The position numbers were made by a program, and so were the translations under genes. Shown here piece by piece: positions 14,176 to 27,198 of a stretch of 64,000 nucleotides of DNA; position 1 is the stretch's first letter; the number at the start of each line of letters is the position of its first letter. The stretch comes from Massalongia carnosa (taxonomy: Eukaryota). A model generated the notes under the pieces. The model was given only the letters and a program-made list of their open reading frames with translations. It made no database searches and had not been told where the DNA came from. The stretch spans positions 186,001 to 250,000 of the forward strand of contig OZ287069.1 of the NCBI GenBank assembly GCA_965645245.1, written 5' to 3'.

Positions 14176-17100
14176 CAGTGTTCGCAATGGAGTGACTGGA
14201 TTGGATTGGAGTGGCGCTCCAATCCAATCCATTAAGTCTAGACCTATATGGATTGGAGTCCATTAAGATTAAACCTTAATGGATTGGACTCCATTAAGGA
14301 ATATATTTAATGGATGGAGTGGATCGGAGTCCATGGATCTCCAGTGGAGTAAATCCAGTGGACTCCACTGGATTAAATCCATTTAATCCATTTAATCCAT
14401 GGACTCCATGGACTCCACTGAAGTGCAGTGCGTACAAACCTTTCCGGAACCTCCCTCGAGCGTAAAACCACTTTGTAGTAGATATAAATTGCCTAATCGA
14501 GACGACGACCCAGCTAAGCGAGGACGACGACCTTTGTGTTTTGATGATTTTGGCTGGATTTTCGCACCTTCCATGGCCCGGTAAACCTCGGCTAGGGGGT
14601 AGAGTCTGAAATATAGGTGGTAGATTGAGGTTGCGATGTTGAAGTGATGAGGAAGGAGTGTTTTTGCATTTGTTTTCCACGAACTCAAAGTAGTTTTTGA
14701 ACCTTTCAACTAAAATTAACTAGGAAAAATTCAAAAGATACCTAAAAGAACCTTTCCAGCAATGCCAAATTTGCCATCAAACATAGCAAATATCAACTTC
14801 TAGTCCCCTTGGCAACCATGCACTCATCCCACCTCCTATGGGTTCCCTTGATCCCCGAACTTCTCTCCTGCCTTCTGGTACGCTGGTGAGTACTCGAAAT
14901 AGTCTCCTAGAACTAGCCCACCCATGGCCCAGCTTCTAATACACTCTCCTGCCTCAATAAAGTCGGGTTTTAGACGATTCCTATGATCTGGAATCATCAA
15001 TTTGGACGAAGAGAACAAGCGTTCGACCTCTGCACTCATGCCAGGCACAGAGAATATATCCCTGGCCATTTGAGCTAGTCTAGGATAGTGAGGCTCGTGA
15101 GCTTTCCACCATTCTAAGTGGCCAGAGAACCCGCAACCATCTTCATCAACTGGTTCTGTATTACAGTACCGTCTATATTCATCTCTGACAGTGGATTTAG
15201 CTTTGTTTGTACTCCTTTTAAGGTGTTCCTTCAAAAGGGAGGGCTTAGCGTGCTACAAATATAGTTAGCCGTGTTTTTATATTAATAAGTGTTAATATAC
15301 CTTATTATTTTGACTTCCAGGTGACGGTGTATCATCTTCAGCAACCTCTATATTTGCATATAAGTCTTGCCAAAGTTTTTGGACCTTCGTACGAGCTTGA
15401 GCAAGGTCACTAGCACTCATACTATCCTCAAAATAAGTCCACTTATACCAGGGCATCAGGACGACGGCCACTAAATAAATAGGGGAAGTGAGTAGTTGAC
15501 GGTATTTCTCTAGCTTTTGCATGGCGTTAATAATGTTCAGTTCCAGTCGTTTACTAGCTAGTTCCTGTGGGTTTGACTGATCGACTTCATCAAGCTCAAA
15601 GCCAAATAGCTGCTCTTCCATCCCCTTTTTTATTAAATCATATGAAGGGAGCACTTGGTGAGCGTAACCATTATTTCCTATTAAAAGCTTAGTGATTATC
15701 GAGTTATTTAAAGCTTATATAATATACCAGACATCTCTCTTCCTTGTAAACTCATCATAAGCTCTTCGAGTGGTTCCATAAAAGCAATCACTTCCTTGGC
15801 GTAGTTCCAATCGTCAACCGTCATTTGCGAATCAAAAGAGTCTTCTCAGTAAATGATTGCTCAGAGTTACGATGGACGAATAGATCAAGAGAGTCTTTGA
15901 TTTGAATGGCCCGTCGAAGCATATTAAGAGTTGAAAACCATCTAGTGATTTGCTCTTTAATTGGATGCAAGAGAGGGTCTTGAATCGTCTTATTAATCCC
16001 TTCAAACTGCTCGATCCTTTGAGCGGTGGCCATTATAAAGACAATAATCACATGAAGCTTCGTAATAGCATCTATTGGACGTTTCCAGACTGCCTTGGGC
16101 TCCCCTGGGAGTCGTTGACGCGCTTGCTTCGTAGGTTTGTTCTCTAAGAATGCAGTTGCCACGAGATTAACGATATGGCCGAAACAACGTAGTCGGTGAG
16201 TATCAGCGTCCCACCTAACTCCCTGCAAAAGGAGATGTTCCTCGACTGCTCTCAAGCAAGTGTCATTATCACCGGCATTATCCAAAACACAGTAGCCGAG
16301 CCTACCCCCTAGTTTATAAACTTCAAGGGCCTTGACTATTAATTTTGACATATTCTCTCCACTATGGGGTCCAATAAGACGCTTCATGCCAAGAATCACT
16401 GTACGTGCTTGCCAGGAACGATCAATAAAGTGACAGCAAAGACCTAGCATAGAGAAATTATTAGGAGACGACCATAAGTCAAAGGATATATGGACTTGGC
16501 AGTTGCTTTCCACTAATAACTGAATCAATACAAGTTGACAAGCTAGAAATATCTCTAATAGTGCAGCTTTAATGGAATTGCCCGACTTGGGGAGTGTATC
16601 ATTGCCTCGTAAATACGGACTTGAATATAAAAGCAGGTCTCGAAAAGCACGCTGCTCTACAATGGCAAAAGGAATATGACAAATACAAAGAAATCGTAAG
16701 AGCTTTTGTCGAAAGACTTCTGGACTAAAAGGAGCAACTACTACCCCTTGTTGAAGATGTTCAACAACAGAGATAGATGCCCTAGCAGCTGCTTCCTTAG
16801 GTGGAACAAGATTATGGTCCTTTCGTAAGTGCTCTCCACATGAAGCAGTGCCGTTTGTGATCATATACTCAGTATTAGAACCGTCTGCAACACCTGTAGT
16901 TTATTAGCTTTAATAATCGTTAATATAAATTAAATAGATATTGGACAAATGTATAGTACATGTCAAAATGACAACTCGATGATTCGGTACATATAAAATG
17001 GGCGGAATTACACTGAGTTCTATACAAATTTTCATAGCAAACATGGCAAATAAGTATAAATCTGGTACTTTACATTTGTTACACACCCAATAGGCCTTGC

Positions 17101-17983
17101 CCTCCCTCTCTGCCTTGGTGCCCCAATCCCATATCCAACTACGGCTCGCTCTAGCTCTCTTTGAAGCTATTCCACTTGTAGGAGACGAAAACCGGCCACC
17201 AATAACCCTGCCTTCAATAGAGGTTATAGGTGACGGCCTAGAAGGGCTGCTGGAATGGTTACCAGGAGCGTTCCTGTCGTTCTCAGAGTATATAGTGCCG
17301 CTCAGGATGATATGGGGACGCTCCGTAGCTTGGGAAGTCGTGGAGGGTGCAGGGGAACGTCGAGAAAAGCTCAGGGCTGACTGGGATGGAGACCTCTGCC
17401 ATATATTAATATATAAGCTTGATTAAATAAAGGATATGGATCAATACTCTTGAAGCTTCATTCCCAAGCTCTGCTGAACCAACCGTACGCTTTCTGCCAC
17501 GCGTAATACGTTCAGGAACGTCGATATCACATGCTCCAGGAAGCTCAAATACTGACTCTGTCTCGCCAGGGTCGGGGCGGGTTGTAGTTGTATCGTCACT
17601 AATATCAGACATCACTGCAAGTACGGTTCGGGACGGATTTTGGTGGTTTCTAGTTTAAATAGAAGCAAATTCAGTCCATAGCAAGTGATATTTGTAGGTT
17701 GACACGAATAAAAGCAGTAAAACAAGTGAAATATCACTTAAAATGTGGGAATTACCATAGCTTTAAGGCCCCTGGAGCTATACCTAAAACACCACCTATT
17801 TTTAGGCCCTAATCCATTGGACTCCATGGAGTCCACTCCATTAGATAAATCCTTATTGGAGTGACTCCATTAAGCCTAAAACCTTATTGGATGGACTCCA
17901 TTTAAAAAAAAAACCTTTGGAGTGGATTGGAGTGGATTAAATGGAGTGGATAACCATTAAGAATCACTCCATTGCGAACACTG
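14176..17983 (-). mobile_element. hAT DNA transposon
   Basis: 20-bp perfect TIR CAGTGTTCGCAATGGAGTGA; 8-bp TSD AGTGGACT at 14168-14175 and 17984-17991; subterminal TGGAGT/AATCCA repeats. Confidence 0.97.
14836..17615 (-). pseudogene. Multi-exon hAT transposase (BED-like finger, DDE core, dimerisation domain), frameshift near 15830
   Basis: SFDLWSS, VLDNAGDN, LRCFGHIVNL, TRWFS, WWK...YPRLAQMARDIFSVPGMSAEVERLFS. Confidence 0.9.
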
Positions 17984-18173
17984 AGTGGACTCCGCGGATC
18001 ATCAACTGGTCCTGGGTGCGCCTTTCTTGTTTATGGTGGAGCTGCAGTATGAGTACATACCGTCCTCAGGGAGCTTTTGCGGTCATCAAGAACTGTACTG
18101 GTCATAAGTCCGTCGTGTTCCGAGCTATTGATTATCAAGACGAAGGCAACCGGCAGGAGGAGGACATTTTTCC

Positions 18174-18214
18174 TTTAAACTAGAATGCAGGCGAGCTGTC
18201 GGGGGTTTGTCTGC
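18174..18214 (+). promoter_or_regulatory. -1 programmed ribosomal frameshift signal (gag-PR to pol)
   Basis: T TTA AAC slippery heptamer directly before the TAG stop; 6-nt spacer; 10-bp stem 18187-18196/18205-18214; the -1 frame is the pol frame. Confidence 0.75.
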
Positions 18215-18530
18215 GGCGTGGAGTTCGAATAGCCGAGGAAGAAAGAAAAGCGCGCTAGTCCCAATGCGTCACTTAATTTTTGATTAAGTAACCGATTAGG
18301 CCTAGTGCGCCGTTCTGACGCTAAATCTAAAGTAGCTGCAGCTTGCATCCTTAGCGGCAGGCTTAGGGTTGGAACATCCACTAGTCCGCATTGGGAGTTT
18401 TTACCCAGTTTTGATATTGGGCAGGAGTTTCGGTTATCACGCAAGTTTGATTTATTTTCGGTTTCGCAAGCAAGAGATAGATAGGTAGTTTGTTCGGATT
18501 GATGGAGCATACAAGAGAAAGGGTGATAAG

Positions 18531-21500
18531 GTGCGCCCGGCGGAAAGATGGATTTCTGACGGTTCAATGCCTGGGGGGATGCCTGATTGGAGAGAAAGAG
18601 CTTTGGAGAGGGAAAGAGCGATGCCTAGGTTGCCCAACGAAAAATATCCAGGGTGGTTGATACCGAAATTCTCACGTATGGCGCGAGGAGCACGATTGAC
18701 TCCAGAAAGATTGCAAAAGATTCGAGTAGGGGATGGGTTGTCCATGGAAGAGAGAGACCTTTTGGCCGAAGTCCTACACGGTAGGGAAGCTGCACTCGCT
18801 TGGGACTTTTCAGAGATGGGACTGGTCCGACCAGAAGTGGCGCCTCCGCAGGAGATCCGTACGATCGAGCATAAGCCTTGGCAGCATCCTGGTTTCGCTA
18901 TTCCAGAATCACTACAGGAGAAGACCATCGAAATGGTAAAAGAGCGCCTTGCGATCGGAGCAATAGAACCTTGCCATGGTCATTATCGCAATCCTTGGTA
19001 TGTCATAGGGAAAAAGGAGAAGGGAAAATATAGGCTCATCAATGCCTGCACGGAAATGAACAGAGTTACCTTGCGGGACGCCACTTTACCTCCTATGGCG
19101 GACGATTTTGCTGAGAACTTCGCGGGATGTTCGGTAGCGTCGTTGGTGGACTGGTTTTCCGGATATGATCAAATTTCGCTAGACCTCAAGAGCAGAGACT
19201 ATACAGCTTTTCAGACGGCACTAGGACTCATGAGGATGACTCGACTTCCTCAAGGAGCCACCAATTCCGTGGGACAATTTATTAGGATAAATAATCAAAT
19301 CCTGCAGGCTCAGATACCTCATAATGCGGAACCTTTCGTGGATGATGTGGGAGTCAAAGGGCCCAAGACAAAGTATGACAATGAAATGGTCGCCCCTGGC
19401 ATCCGCCGATTTATAAAGGAACATCTTCAGGCGCTGGACGAGGTTCTAGCCGATTATGAGAGAGCTGGTGTGACTATCTCGGGGGCAAAATCACAATTTG
19501 CCATGCCTGGGATCCGTATTGTTGGTTATATTTGTGACTATGACGGTCGACATCCGGATACTGCCAAGGTCATAAAAATTGTTGATTGGCCTCCTTGTCA
19601 GGATGTTTCCGGTGCACGAGCTTTCATCGGTGTTTGCGTGTACTATCGTATATGGATCTTTGAGTTTGCCATCGTCGCTGAGCCTATCTACCGTCTGTTC
19701 AAAAAGAAGATCCTTTTTGTTTGGGGAGTAGAGCAACAGGAAGCCATGGATAAGCTGAAACTTGCGTTGACTACCTCTCCGGCACTGCGGTCGCTGGATT
19801 ATTCGATAGGAGCTGGGCTCATCATTTTGGGAGTGGATTCGAGTGGTAAGGGATGGGGTGCCGTCTTGATGCAGGAGTGGGAGGGCAAGCGACACCCTTC
19901 GCGATATGAAAGTGGTATTTGGTCCGACACCGAAAAGTCCTATGATGCGACGAAGAGAGAGTGTAGAGGGGTCTTGAAGGCTCTCAAGAAGGTCCGCAAC
20001 TATCTTTATGGAGTACATTTCTTGTTGGAGACAGATGCTTCGGTGCTTGTGGCTCAATTAAATCGTGGAGGGACGGATTTGCCAGGTGCGCTTGTTACCA
20101 GATGGATAGCTTGGATTCAGCTCTTCGACTTTGACGTGAAACACGTTGCGGGTAAAAAGCATACAGCAGCAGATGGACTGTCTCGTAACCCCCCTACCGA
20201 AGACGATATACGGGAGAGAGAGATGGAAGAAGACATAGAAGATTTTATTGATGCAGAATTAGGCTCTCTAAGAGTTGCCCCTATTTCCGTTACGGACGGT
20301 CTGCCCTTAGAGGAGAGTTATTTAGAAAAATCTCAACAAATCGCTGCCTATCTTACGAGTTTACAGAGACCGGCCGGCATGGGAAGGAAAGAGTTTTACA
20401 AGTTCAAGAAAGAAGCGATGAGATACTGTGTGCAGGGGAGAAAGCTGTTTCGACGAAACAACAAAAATGTCCCCATACGAAGAGTTGTAGATGACGACAA
20501 GGAGAGACAGGAGATTATGGAGAAACTACATGATGAGAGTGGTCACAAAGGGAGAGAAGGGACCTACCGTAGGATTGCTGACCGCTACTGGTGGGAGGAC
20601 CTTCATGCTCATGTCAAGGCCTACGTACGAAGTTGCGAGAGATGTCAAATGCGGGACCCTAAACGGCAGGAAGAAGCTCTACATCCTACCTGGATAAGTC
20701 TTTGTTGGGCCAAAGTAGGTCTGGATGTTGTGTACATGCCTTCAAGGGAGGGCAAGAAGTTCCTGGTGGCTGCTAGAGATGATCTTTCAGGCTGGGTAGA
20801 AGCTCGGGCAATAGGAAATGCCAATTCGTTGTCGGTCGCTAGGTTCCTTTGGGAAGATGTCATCCTGCCGTCATGGTTGTTTTGGCTGCTTGATTGTAGA
20901 TGGAGGGCCGGAAAACAAGGATTTAGTTGAAGAACTCACAGCGCGATACGGAATTAAGAGGGTCCAGGTGTCTTCTTATCACCCACAGGCCAATGGTATG
21001 ATCGAGAGGGGCCATAGACCCATTGTTGATGCACTGTCCAAGATGACCGATGGAGGGTTGGGAAATTGGGTCGAGAACCTACCCGCTGTATTATGGGCTG
21101 ACCGTTCCACTGTCAAGAGTACCACCGGCTTATCCCCATATTATGTGACCTGTGGCAGTGAACCTGTTCTACCGATTGAGTTGGAGGTACCTACCTGGCG
21201 TATTCTTCCTTGGAGTGAGGTTCATACAACTGCCGAGCTATTAGCTATGAGAGCTCGTCAGCTTCAGAGGCGGGAGGAGGATCTTGAGGAAGCTGTGCAT
21301 CATTTACAGCGCATGAGGATGGAAGGAAAAGAGGAGTTTGATGATGCGCACCTAATTAGAGCCAAAGAGCTAAAGAAAGGAGACTTAGTACTGCTCCATG
21401 ACACCAAGAGAGATGCGGTGATGTCTACCTCCGTCAAACTGGCCTATCGATGGCTGGGACCATACAGGATACATGAAGCTAAACCCGAGAAGGGGACATA

Positions 21501-21705
21501 CCTTCTAGCAGAATTGGACGGGACGGTCTTGGCTAACGCCTTTGCGGGCAACCGGTTGAAAGAATTCCACCCCAGACAAGACCTTACTCGTATTACGACT
21601 CCGGAGCATGACACAGAAGAAGTCAACATTGATCCCAGACAGCATGCAATTCCCGAAGGTTGGCCGTTAGCGGTAGTTGTTCCTCCGATCTCCGGCATAG
21701 CATAG
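18531..21705 (+). pseudogene. pol: Gypsy pol (RT, RNase H, integrase), frameshift near 20865
   Basis: PFVDDV, GVDSS...YDATKRE, LHDESGH...CERCQ, VDGGPEN...HPQANGMIER, WLGPY. Confidence 0.93.
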
Positions 21706-21986
21706 ACCGAGTGTGTGTGTGTTTCTGACTGTAGTCGCTCTTTCATGATGATTTTCCTTTGTATGAGTGAAGAAGTGAGAGTTTCCTTGGATTTTGAACT
21801 TCACGTATTGACCAATTTCCTCCCTCACCTAAAGACGTAGCCATAAGAACTCCTCACCTCTTGTGTTCTCTCCTTCCTCAGCTTTCATCTTTTCATCAAT
21901 CATCAGCAAAACTTTTACACCTAGTACAACTACTCTCTTCTCATATTTACATCTGCCTTTCCATAACCTGATTGTGTGTTCCCATC

Positions 21987-22650
21987 ATGTCCTTCTCTGA
22001 GTTCCAGGTGGTCAAGATACGGGCCGGGGATAGAGAGTTCCCCACCCTAGATAGTGCGATTGCCTACATGGGCACATTACCACCACCAGTACGCCTTCAG
22101 GCACAGGAGTTAGTGGCCGGGTCGCTAGAAGAAATGGGCGCACATTTTGAGGACACCGTAGCAAAATTCTGGGACTACTTAGAGTCCGATGGAACCATGA
22201 ATGAACTGGTTACGGGGCGGAGTGGCCTGAGGGAGAGATTCGGATATGTGAAGACGGAGGCCGGGGAGTTGTGCGCCGGACACGGGGGGAAAGATACTGG
22301 GGGAAGCGAAGGGACAAGAAGAGGACGAGAGATGCGCATGCACGGCACCAGAAGAGTGGGTAGCAGACCTGGAGGGGGAGGGGGAATCGAGCTCCACCCG
22401 GAGTATCGAGCTCCTCTCCTTCCATCAGTATGGATCCATAGGTTTGTGTGTTCGTCACGTGAATATGCTTGCTGCCCTATTCGGACTAAAAACTCCTATC
22501 GAACCTAAGGAACAGGTGAGGCGGTTCGCAAGGTTGTGGGCAGAAAGGAAGAGAGAGGTGGACCGCTTGCGGTCCATGCCCGAGACGGACACGTGGTGGG
22601 ACTTGGGAGCGCCGCCGACTAGGTGGGCGGATAGTACAGGCAGACATTGA
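21987..22650 (+). pseudogene. Additional ORF of unknown function between integrase and the 3' LTR, frameshifted
   Basis: Consecutive ORFs 21972-22508 and 22444-22650, preceded by a pyrimidine-rich spacer. Confidence 0.4.
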
Positions 22651-23406
22651 TGCCAGAGGACGGCATCAATGGGGGTCTGTGGGTGTGTGATAGGGTGAAT
22701 AGGGACAAGGGTAGGTGCTGAGGGGAGGTTTTTCTGGGGCTGAGGCGCCCATTTTTCTATAGATAGGGGAAGATTCACCCTCTAGACAGACAAGCAATCA
22801 ACATTTTTCTTTCCTTCAGAGTCAGTATTCGTGTCCGAGTGACAGTGTCAGAGTAGCCGAGTCGTCACCGCCAACGTTCTGTTTGTTGTTTTCACGTGTG
22901 TTCCTTGTTTGCTTTCTGCCGGTCTTCTCTCCTTGAGGTCATCACGTATGCACCACCCACGACTACCCCTCTTCAATAGGTGTTCATTATGCTGGTAGGA
23001 ATTGGATATTCAAAACCTAGAGAGAGCACCTTTTGCTTGTTTCCTTTCTGCAATTTTGATATTTTCTAGTGTATAGCTTCCCAGTAGATAGTCAATTCCA
23101 ATCCTGGTTGAACCGTCACAATCTGCGTGAATTCAGATTTTGATGAAGAAAGTTAAATGGTATATCAGGTCTATTATATACTGCTTAGCGCGCCAAGGCT
23201 CGCAGGGCTACGCTACACCCGCAATGGGGTTGGAGGATAATTTAACAAAGAAAATTATTGTCATGATGTGAATTGAAGATATAAGAATTCATTGAACACT
23301 TCAAGATTTATTGAACAGTCATCTACAATTCTCGTAAATGAATTATTTTGATTTTATTCGATCGCACGAACTAGTTCAAATGTTGCTTTCTTCGCGTTTC
23401 AGCGAT

Positions 23407-23464
23407 TTAATCGTATTGATTATTCAATTCTTTTAGCGATGAATTGAATAATCAATACGATTAA
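23407..23464. repeat. Perfect 24-bp inverted repeat with a 10-nt loop
   Basis: TTAATCGTATTGATTATTCAATTC / GAATTGAATAATCAATACGATTAA. Confidence 0.9.
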
Positions 23465-25383
23465 TCTTCAAGCTTATCGCATTGAACTTAAGGCGATCTT
23501 TAAAAACATATAAAAAATCTCTGCAAAGCAAGCAATGCTTTTCTCTTCGTGTTCGTCTTGTCTAGCTATCATGTAGTATAGCTCCTAGAAATCACAGTTC
23601 ATTCACATGAATAGGACCCTTGACCTCGGACCGTGACACCAGCGCTAGAGAGCTTCAGGCTTTCCTCATGGCAGTCCAGGACTAGTATATTTGTACGTCG
23701 TTGGCGTGACTCATGATAGACGTGGAACGCTGAGCGAACCACTAGTGAGACAAGGCGAGGGAACAAACGGCGTGGATTGCAAATAGAACGTAATGAGCTT
23801 ACAAGTTGCAGGTGGCTGAGCTGAAAGCAGCAATACAAATGCACGAGCAAGGTATAACCTCTTGGCAGCTTCCTATTCTGTTAGCGGAGGGGCAAAAAGC
23901 AGCTCTTAGTTGCCTTTTATAGCGAATTCTAACATCGATTCTAACAGATGTGAGACGATCTCTGTCAAATTATAGGATAACTAATCCTAAACATCAGTGG
24001 TAACTCAGGATGATATATCCGAAGGGTTATTCCGGCCCGACTAGACACGTGGCCTCCCCCCTTAGATAGATTCCCACTTTTCCACATCCTCCACAATACA
24101 ATCAACATCTACCCAATTCCCTGATTATGCCTTTTGACCCTTATATATTTGACAATCTCTGCGACTGCAGATGTCCACAATTTGCAACGGTGGTATGGTG
24201 ATAATACCCGGCCTATGGTCGCAATTGCGAGGACCTGAGGACTCAAGGAAGATTCACCGCATGAACTGGATCCTGTCACAGGGAAGACCGACATATAGCT
24301 CGCTCGCGACGAACCTGGTACCTGGGGCTCTGTGTGGGCCTTGTTGCCTGAAACATTGTGGGCCGAGCTGTATCGTAATATTGTTGTCCTGGTCGGCGTT
24401 TCTTCTCAGCCAACCGAATTCTATGAAGTTCAACTTTCCACGACTCTTTAAAGTTCTATTTTTTAGGACTCCTCGTATTCTTTGCGCTCTGTGGCGCGCT
24501 TTGTGGCAAGAGATATAGTAAAGATGGAGCCATGCCGCTGCCTTGCTTGCTCGTTGTACCATCCGCGGCCGTTCCTTCATCGCCCACCAAGCCTGCACGT
24601 ATTTAGGGAGTTATTCCAAGCGTGGCTCCCATTACTCCGGTCGTCAATTAATGAACCATAATATCACCCGTCCCCATTCTCTTCCTTCTCTGACCGTCCG
24701 AGGCAGCACTCCCCCTCTTTGAGAGTCCACTTTGGAGTCCTATTTAGTTTGTTTGATACTAATATAGGATGAGTCCACCAAGGCTCACCTGGTGCCTATT
24801 TTGCTAGATTATAGTAATTAATCGCTTCATGTCACTCGCCTATCAATGTTGGGTCCTATTCATAATGACTTTCATCTGTATACTAGGAAGGAAAATCAAG
24901 ATTAGTATGCTATAGACTATTGCATGCGTCAGATTCCAAGCTGATAGTTTATAGATCATCATATTCAAACGCCTGTCGAAATGGACTCAGCCAGCACAGA
25001 GACTCATAATGAGACTGGGGTCCGAGTGCCAGCTGTCGAATAAAGAAAAATCCCCTACGGCTCGCAATCGAATTTCAATAGTACTCATAACCAATCTGGC
25101 GTGGTCATTAGCGAATCCCTCAATTGGAGCCTACTTTAGCTGCCGCCCGGGCAATACCTTTATCCATCTAACACAACTCTGAATAATGATTATAAAAAAG
25201 AACCTGATAATCTCAAGAGCCCCTCAGCAGTTGGTGAGACTCCATGTAAGGGACCAAGCAGGCAGAGGACTCTGATTGATACAGCCATCGATCGAGGACC
25301 TAGCGTGCCTCATGTGCCACATGATTTCTCCAGCAGCAAAGCGAGTCTTACAGATACGCCAACCCCGGCAGCGCCAGGACATA

Positions 25384-27198
25384 ACTTCTTAGCCACCCAC
25401 TCGGGTCAGCCACCCAATCGGGTCACCCCACGAAAAAAATTTCTGACTACACATCATCACCAACAAAAATTCCAAAAGTCATCACCACATTACTTCCACC
25501 ACCCCCAAAACTAACTAAAAACATCACTATCCATCTGCATTTCCTTCCAAACTGCTTTTGCGAACTTCACTTTACCATTTAAAGCATGGTATCGTTCCTT
25601 TTGTTTGGCCAATGCTTCTTCCTTTCTCTGTTTTTCCTCCGCAATCGCCTGTCCCTCACCCACAGTCAACACCCTCGCTTTAACACCCCCTTTTCTGGAT
25701 GCTTTTTGACGTCGTTGAGCCTGTTTAGCAATCAGTTCTTGATTGGTGTGTTTCAGAATAACCCTATCAGCGACGGCATTCAACGCAGTTGTTTTAAGCA
25801 ATTCAACATGCGCGCGAGAAGATGGAGTCATACGGAATATAAGAGCATCGCTGGCCTCCTGAATCCGCGGGACCGTTTTGGGGGCGTCGGTGAGGAGTTC
25901 TGAACGGGTAGGAGATGTAGTAGACCTAGGCAGTTTGCCTAAAACATGCCCTGGACTAAAGGGAATAAGGCCTGCCCCCCGCCATGTATTCATGATGTTG
26001 ATAGTCGTTATGGCCTGTTTTCTAGCCACCTAAATAAAGCGTAGGAAATCCAGTTTAAAAACAGTCACAGCCCCGTAACGTGATTGGCTGGAAACCAATC
26101 GTTTATAGGCCTTAGATAAAGGGCCAAAAATACCGACATCCAAAGGCTGCAATAAATGAGTAGAATGAGGTGGCAAACAAAGGGGTATAATCCTCTCTTT
26201 GGCACAAAACTCCTGGAAGGGTATGGAGACGTGACTTTCATGGCCATCAACGATCAACATCCTATATTTACCCCGTACAGATTTCGTATGCTTATCGAAG
26301 ACCTTTTGCAACCAATGTAAACCTATTTCCGCATCCGTCCAGCCATTAGGACTGACTCTAACGGTGTCCTTTTTATCCTTCATGACTACAAACCAGGCGG
26401 GCTGGCATTCGACACCTGGAAAAATAATATAAGCGGGAAGAACTATTCCGCGAGAGGATATGCATTCAATTAAGGAAACCCAATCTCTATTTCCTGAATG
26501 CACATTGAATGGTGTTGTTTTTCTGTTTATTATCACCTTAGAACTGTCCCCAATGCCCATGGCAAAGCCTTTCTCATCCATATTGTAAATATCTTCATCT
26601 GCGACTCCATATTTTGCTCGGATGGTCTTGTACAATTCGAACCAATCTTTCAGAGTTTCAGAACTGCCAGCATCCTTTCTGGATTGATCCAAGTTTCTAG
26701 TGTATTTGGTTTTGAATTCAAGATGCCTGTTTAAGAAATTTTGTACCAATGCTGACCCAACGAATTCTTGTCCCCTTTGGCCTCCAAAAGACTTTTAGCC
26801 ATGCCTTCCAGGTGTTGAATGCGAGGTGGCCAAACCCATGCAGTCATCCGCTCTATCCAATCAATCAAAGCCTGTTCTTCTTGTACATTTAGCCTTTGAG
26901 TGGCTTGATGATAATGCTCTGCGGCCCGTCTGCCTTTGAGCCGGGCTTGTAAAGTCGACTGAGGAACTCCGTAAAGGCGCGCTATTTCCCGCTGCGGAAC
27001 GCCCGGATTTTTGGCTAATTCTTCGATAGCCAACTGTAATCTAGTAGCAGGGTCATGTACGGGTATATTTACAAACATTTTATATACAAATAATAGATAA
27101 ATGAATAATGGTGGTGGATGGGGAGAGAAAATTTTTTTTTTGGTTACTAGATTTGGTGACCCGATTGGGTGGCTGACCCGAATGGGTGGCTAAGACGT
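25384..27198 (-). mobile_element. Fot1/pogo-like Tc1-mariner DNA transposon
   Basis: ~44-bp TIRs AC(G/T)TCTTAGCCACCCA...GGGTCACC; TA TSD on both sides. Confidence 0.95.
25511..27078 (-). pseudogene. Pogo transposase (HTH, CENP-B-type HTH, DDD); frameshift near 26740 and TAG at 26030
   Basis: IARLYGVPQSTL, YNMDEKGF, LIVDGHESH, HLLQPLDVGIF. Confidence 0.93.

Larger units (their letters stand above)
11812..18183 (+). pseudogene. gag: Gypsy gag-protease ORF (stop at 13024, frameshifts, hAT insertion)
   Basis: PFFTGGNVTDFL gag N-terminus; CNYCWSTDH knuckle; ALLDSGAEVN protease; VFVVDS|ADHQLVLGAPFL is restored when the hAT is removed. Confidence 0.85.
10765..22975 (+). mobile_element. Full-length Ty3/Gypsy LTR retrotransposon interrupted by a hAT
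   Basis: LTRs at 10765-11086 and 22686-22975 (TG...CA); PBS-like TGGCGACCACGG at 11088; gag-PR-RT-RH-IN order. Confidence 0.95.

Noticed and set aside
14196..14420. CRISPR-like short repeat array
   Set aside because: Irregular subterminal repeats of the hAT, mirrored at 17810-17965; no unique spacers or cas genes; eukaryotic context
23590..25380. Short ORFs on both strands
   Set aside because: No recognisable motifs or consistent exon structure
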